Origin: Paraspadella gotoi
Lineage: Eukaryota > Animalia > Chaetognatha
Direction: 5' to 3'
NCBI GenBank assembly: GCA_051294375.1
Contig: CM119265.1
Coordinates: forward strand, 28,090,182 to 28,154,181
Length of the DNA stretch: 64,000 nt
The position numbers and the translations under genes were made by a program. Below are positions 61,466-64,000 of this stretch, one piece after another. Every line of letters begins with the position of its first letter. Position 1 is the first letter of the stretch. The notes beneath the pieces were generated by a model, which was given only the letters and a program-made list of their open reading frames with translations, did not search any database and was not told the origin of the DNA.

Positions 61466-62659
61466 TTTCACAACTTTCCCTAAGGAAGAGACGGTGCACC
61501 GAACTAACAAACGGACAGATTTTCAGATATATATCGTCGTCGTCGTCGTCGTCGTTATTTTCTTTTCGAGATGTTAAGAGATTTCGATGGATGAAAGAAG
61601 CGAATTCACTTCCAAAGGCAGAAATGAAAAGATGATGACGACGACGACAACAACGACGACGACAACAACGACGAAGACGACTACGTTTCAACTCATAAAG
61701 AAGAGATTGATCTTGGGTCGAGTTGGATGCAGAAATGAAACCAAGAAAGTTGATGTCAAAGATGGGGAAGAATTTGAAAATGATGTAGAAGAAGAGGAAA
61801 GAAGATGATATGAGTTGACTTTCTAGCGGCGAAAGAGAGAGAGAGAGAGCGACAGACAGAGGAAGAGAGAGAGAGAGAGAAAAAAAGCAAATCCGCGTTC
61901 AAGGAGCGGAAATAAAGCAGGAATGCAGAAAACAACAAAGATTGCTCTTCTCCACTTTTTTAAGTTTCTCAGCTTGGCCTTACCAAAAAACTTGGCCTTA
62001 TTCCTCACTGTGCTTTACACTTCTTTATTTAAAACTCTTTACAAGAAGTCGATCCTTTTTTAAAATAAATTCTCTTACAATTTACATTCACTTACATTTT
62101 CCCACACATAATTTTCGAATGACTCCTTATTTTAAATCCACTTTTTCCAAACAAACTTTGATCCATTACTTTTTTGGAGATAATAATAAAACCTCGAACC
62201 TCACCCACTGGCGATTCTTACTTACTCTCTTTATGTCCCTATCTCTCTCTNNNNNNNNNNNNNNNNNNNNNNNNNNNNNNNNNNNNNNNNNNNNNNNNNN
62301 NNNNNNNNNNNNNNNNNNNNNNNNNNNNNNNNNNNNNNNNNNNNNNNNNNNNNNNNNNNNNNNNNNNNNNNNNNNNNNNNNNNNNNNNNNNNNNNNNNNN
62401 NNNNNNNNNNNNNNNNNNNNNNNNNNNNNNNNNNNNNNNNNNNNNNNNNNNNNNNNNNNNNNNNNNNNNNNNNNNNNNNNNNNNNNNNNNNNNNNNNNNN
62501 NNNNNNNNNNNNNNNNNNNNNNNNNNNNNNNNNNNNNNNNNNNNNNNNNNNNNNNNNNNNNNNNNNNNNNNNTGTATCAGAATGGCTTATGAAATTGAAA
62601 ATGAAAAAGGAGACAGGAAAAAAGGATGTGTGACACGAGTGACAATGTGATTTGAAACC

Positions 62660-63050
62660 ACATCGCTTGCAAAGATAATGTCGCTTGCAAAGACAACATN
62701 NNNNNNNNNNNNNNNNNNNNNNNNNNNNNNNNNNNNNNNNNNNNNNNNNNNNNNNNNNNNNNNNNNNNNNNNNNNNNNNNNNNNNNNNNNNNNNNNNNNN
62801 NNNNNNNNNNNNNNNNNNNNNNNNNNNNNNNNNNNNNNNNNNNNNNNNNNNNNNNNNNNNNNNNNNNNNNNNNNNNNNNNNNNNNNNNNNNNNNNNNNNN
62901 NNNNNNNNNNNNNNNNNNNNNNNNNNNNNNNNNNNNNNNNNNNNNNNNNNNNNNNNNNNNNNNNNNNNNNNNNNNNNNNNNNNNNNNNAAAGACAACGTC
63001 GCTTGCAAAGACAACATTGCTTGCAAAGACAACGTCGCTTGCAAAGATAA
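62660..63050. repeat. 18-bp minisatellite (GCTTGCAAAGACAACGTC) spanning a gap
   Basis: Units are visible on both sides of the gap. Confidence 0.85.
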
Positions 63051-64000
63051 TATAGAAATCTGAGGGAAAAAGTGACGCAGTAGGAATGACATCGAGGTAG
63101 CATTGAATTAGAAATGACATAGAGATAAATCCGCGTTAGGGATGAGGTCGTGGTTGAATTGCAATAGGAATGACTTTAAGATTAAAATGTATTAAAAAAG
63201 ACATCGATATCAAAAAATATATTAGAGATAGAGATAGAATCGTAATAGGTATGTATCAAGATTAAATTTCATTGAGATAGAATCGCTTTAGGAATGACAT
63301 CGAGACCAAAGATCTCGCGCGAATTCGATATGACTGACATCGACGATTCTCGATGATGACAGAATTATTTTNNNNNNNNNNNNNNNNNNNNNNNNNNNNN
63401 NNNNNNNNNNNNNNNNNNNNNNNNNNNNNNNNNNNNNNNNNNNNNNNNNNNNNNNNNNNNNNNNNNNNNNNNNNNNNNNNNNNNNNNNNNNNNNNNNNNN
63501 NNNNNNNNNNNNNNNNNNNNNNNNNNNNNNNNNNNNNNNNNNNNNNNNNNNNNNNNTTAAACTTGAACAGCGGCTGAGGGAGCGATCAAGACGAAAAGAC
63601 CGACGACGAACAAAGGGACTTTTTCATTTTTCAAATCGATCTTAGATTCTTGGAATCCTAAATCGTGGATTCTTGGAGTCTTAAAATCTTGGATTCTTAG
63701 TCGCCTAAAATCTAGGATTCTCACCAGGATCCAGCCTTCAAAGCGAGCAGCCAATTATTAGTTGATGAACTTTATCTCTAATGTATAAATATTAAAACTT
63801 TAACAAAACACTATTTTAAAATCTTTGATTCTTTGAATAAATCGACTTAAAATGTTGGATTTTTAGTGTCTAAAATATTGTATTCTTGGACTCCTAAAAT
63901 CTAGGATCCTAACCCTAACCTTGAGCCTTATTTCTGTTTCTAATCCTTAGTCTTAATTTTAATATTTTTCAAAATGACAAATCCGAACCCTAACCTTAAG

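Noticed and set aside
61587-61808. 73 aa ORF with poly-Thr and an acidic end
   Set aside because: Largely an (ACG/ACA)n microsatellite, with no convincing splice sites or homology.

Overview
This is eukaryotic, probably invertebrate, genomic scaffold DNA. It is AT-rich, dense in microsatellites and interrupted by many N gaps, several exactly 25 N long. Much of it reads like indel-rich, poorly corrected long-read gap fill, so most ORF-track entries are noise. (1) About 3.65-32.3 kb holds 4-5 noisy copies of one ~6.2-6.7 kb unit. Comparing the copies gives a phase-consistent 7-exon + strand gene of roughly 840 aa: signal peptide, low-complexity ectodomain, one TM helix and a long charged tail with K/R-R/K-A-S decapeptide repeats. 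Its introns carry four antisense tRNA-Pro genes covering all three eukaryotic isoacceptors (CGG, TGG, AGG) plus a CGG variant with an anticodon-stem mismatch. Much of the multi-copy structure may be an assembly artefact; one 4.8 kb block is duplicated together with its errors. (2) 35.7-45.8 kb is a cluster of transposons: a degenerate BEL/Pao integrase region, a Penelope-like GIY-YIG fragment between inverted pseudo-LTRs that each contain a hammerhead-ribozyme core, and a TG..CA inverted-repeat element with a possible DIRS/Ngaro-type tyrosine recombinase remnant. (3) 47-60 kb contains a repeated 30-bp satellite block and several phase-compatible exons of an unidentified - strand coiled-coil gene. 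All calls were made by eye; no searches were run.
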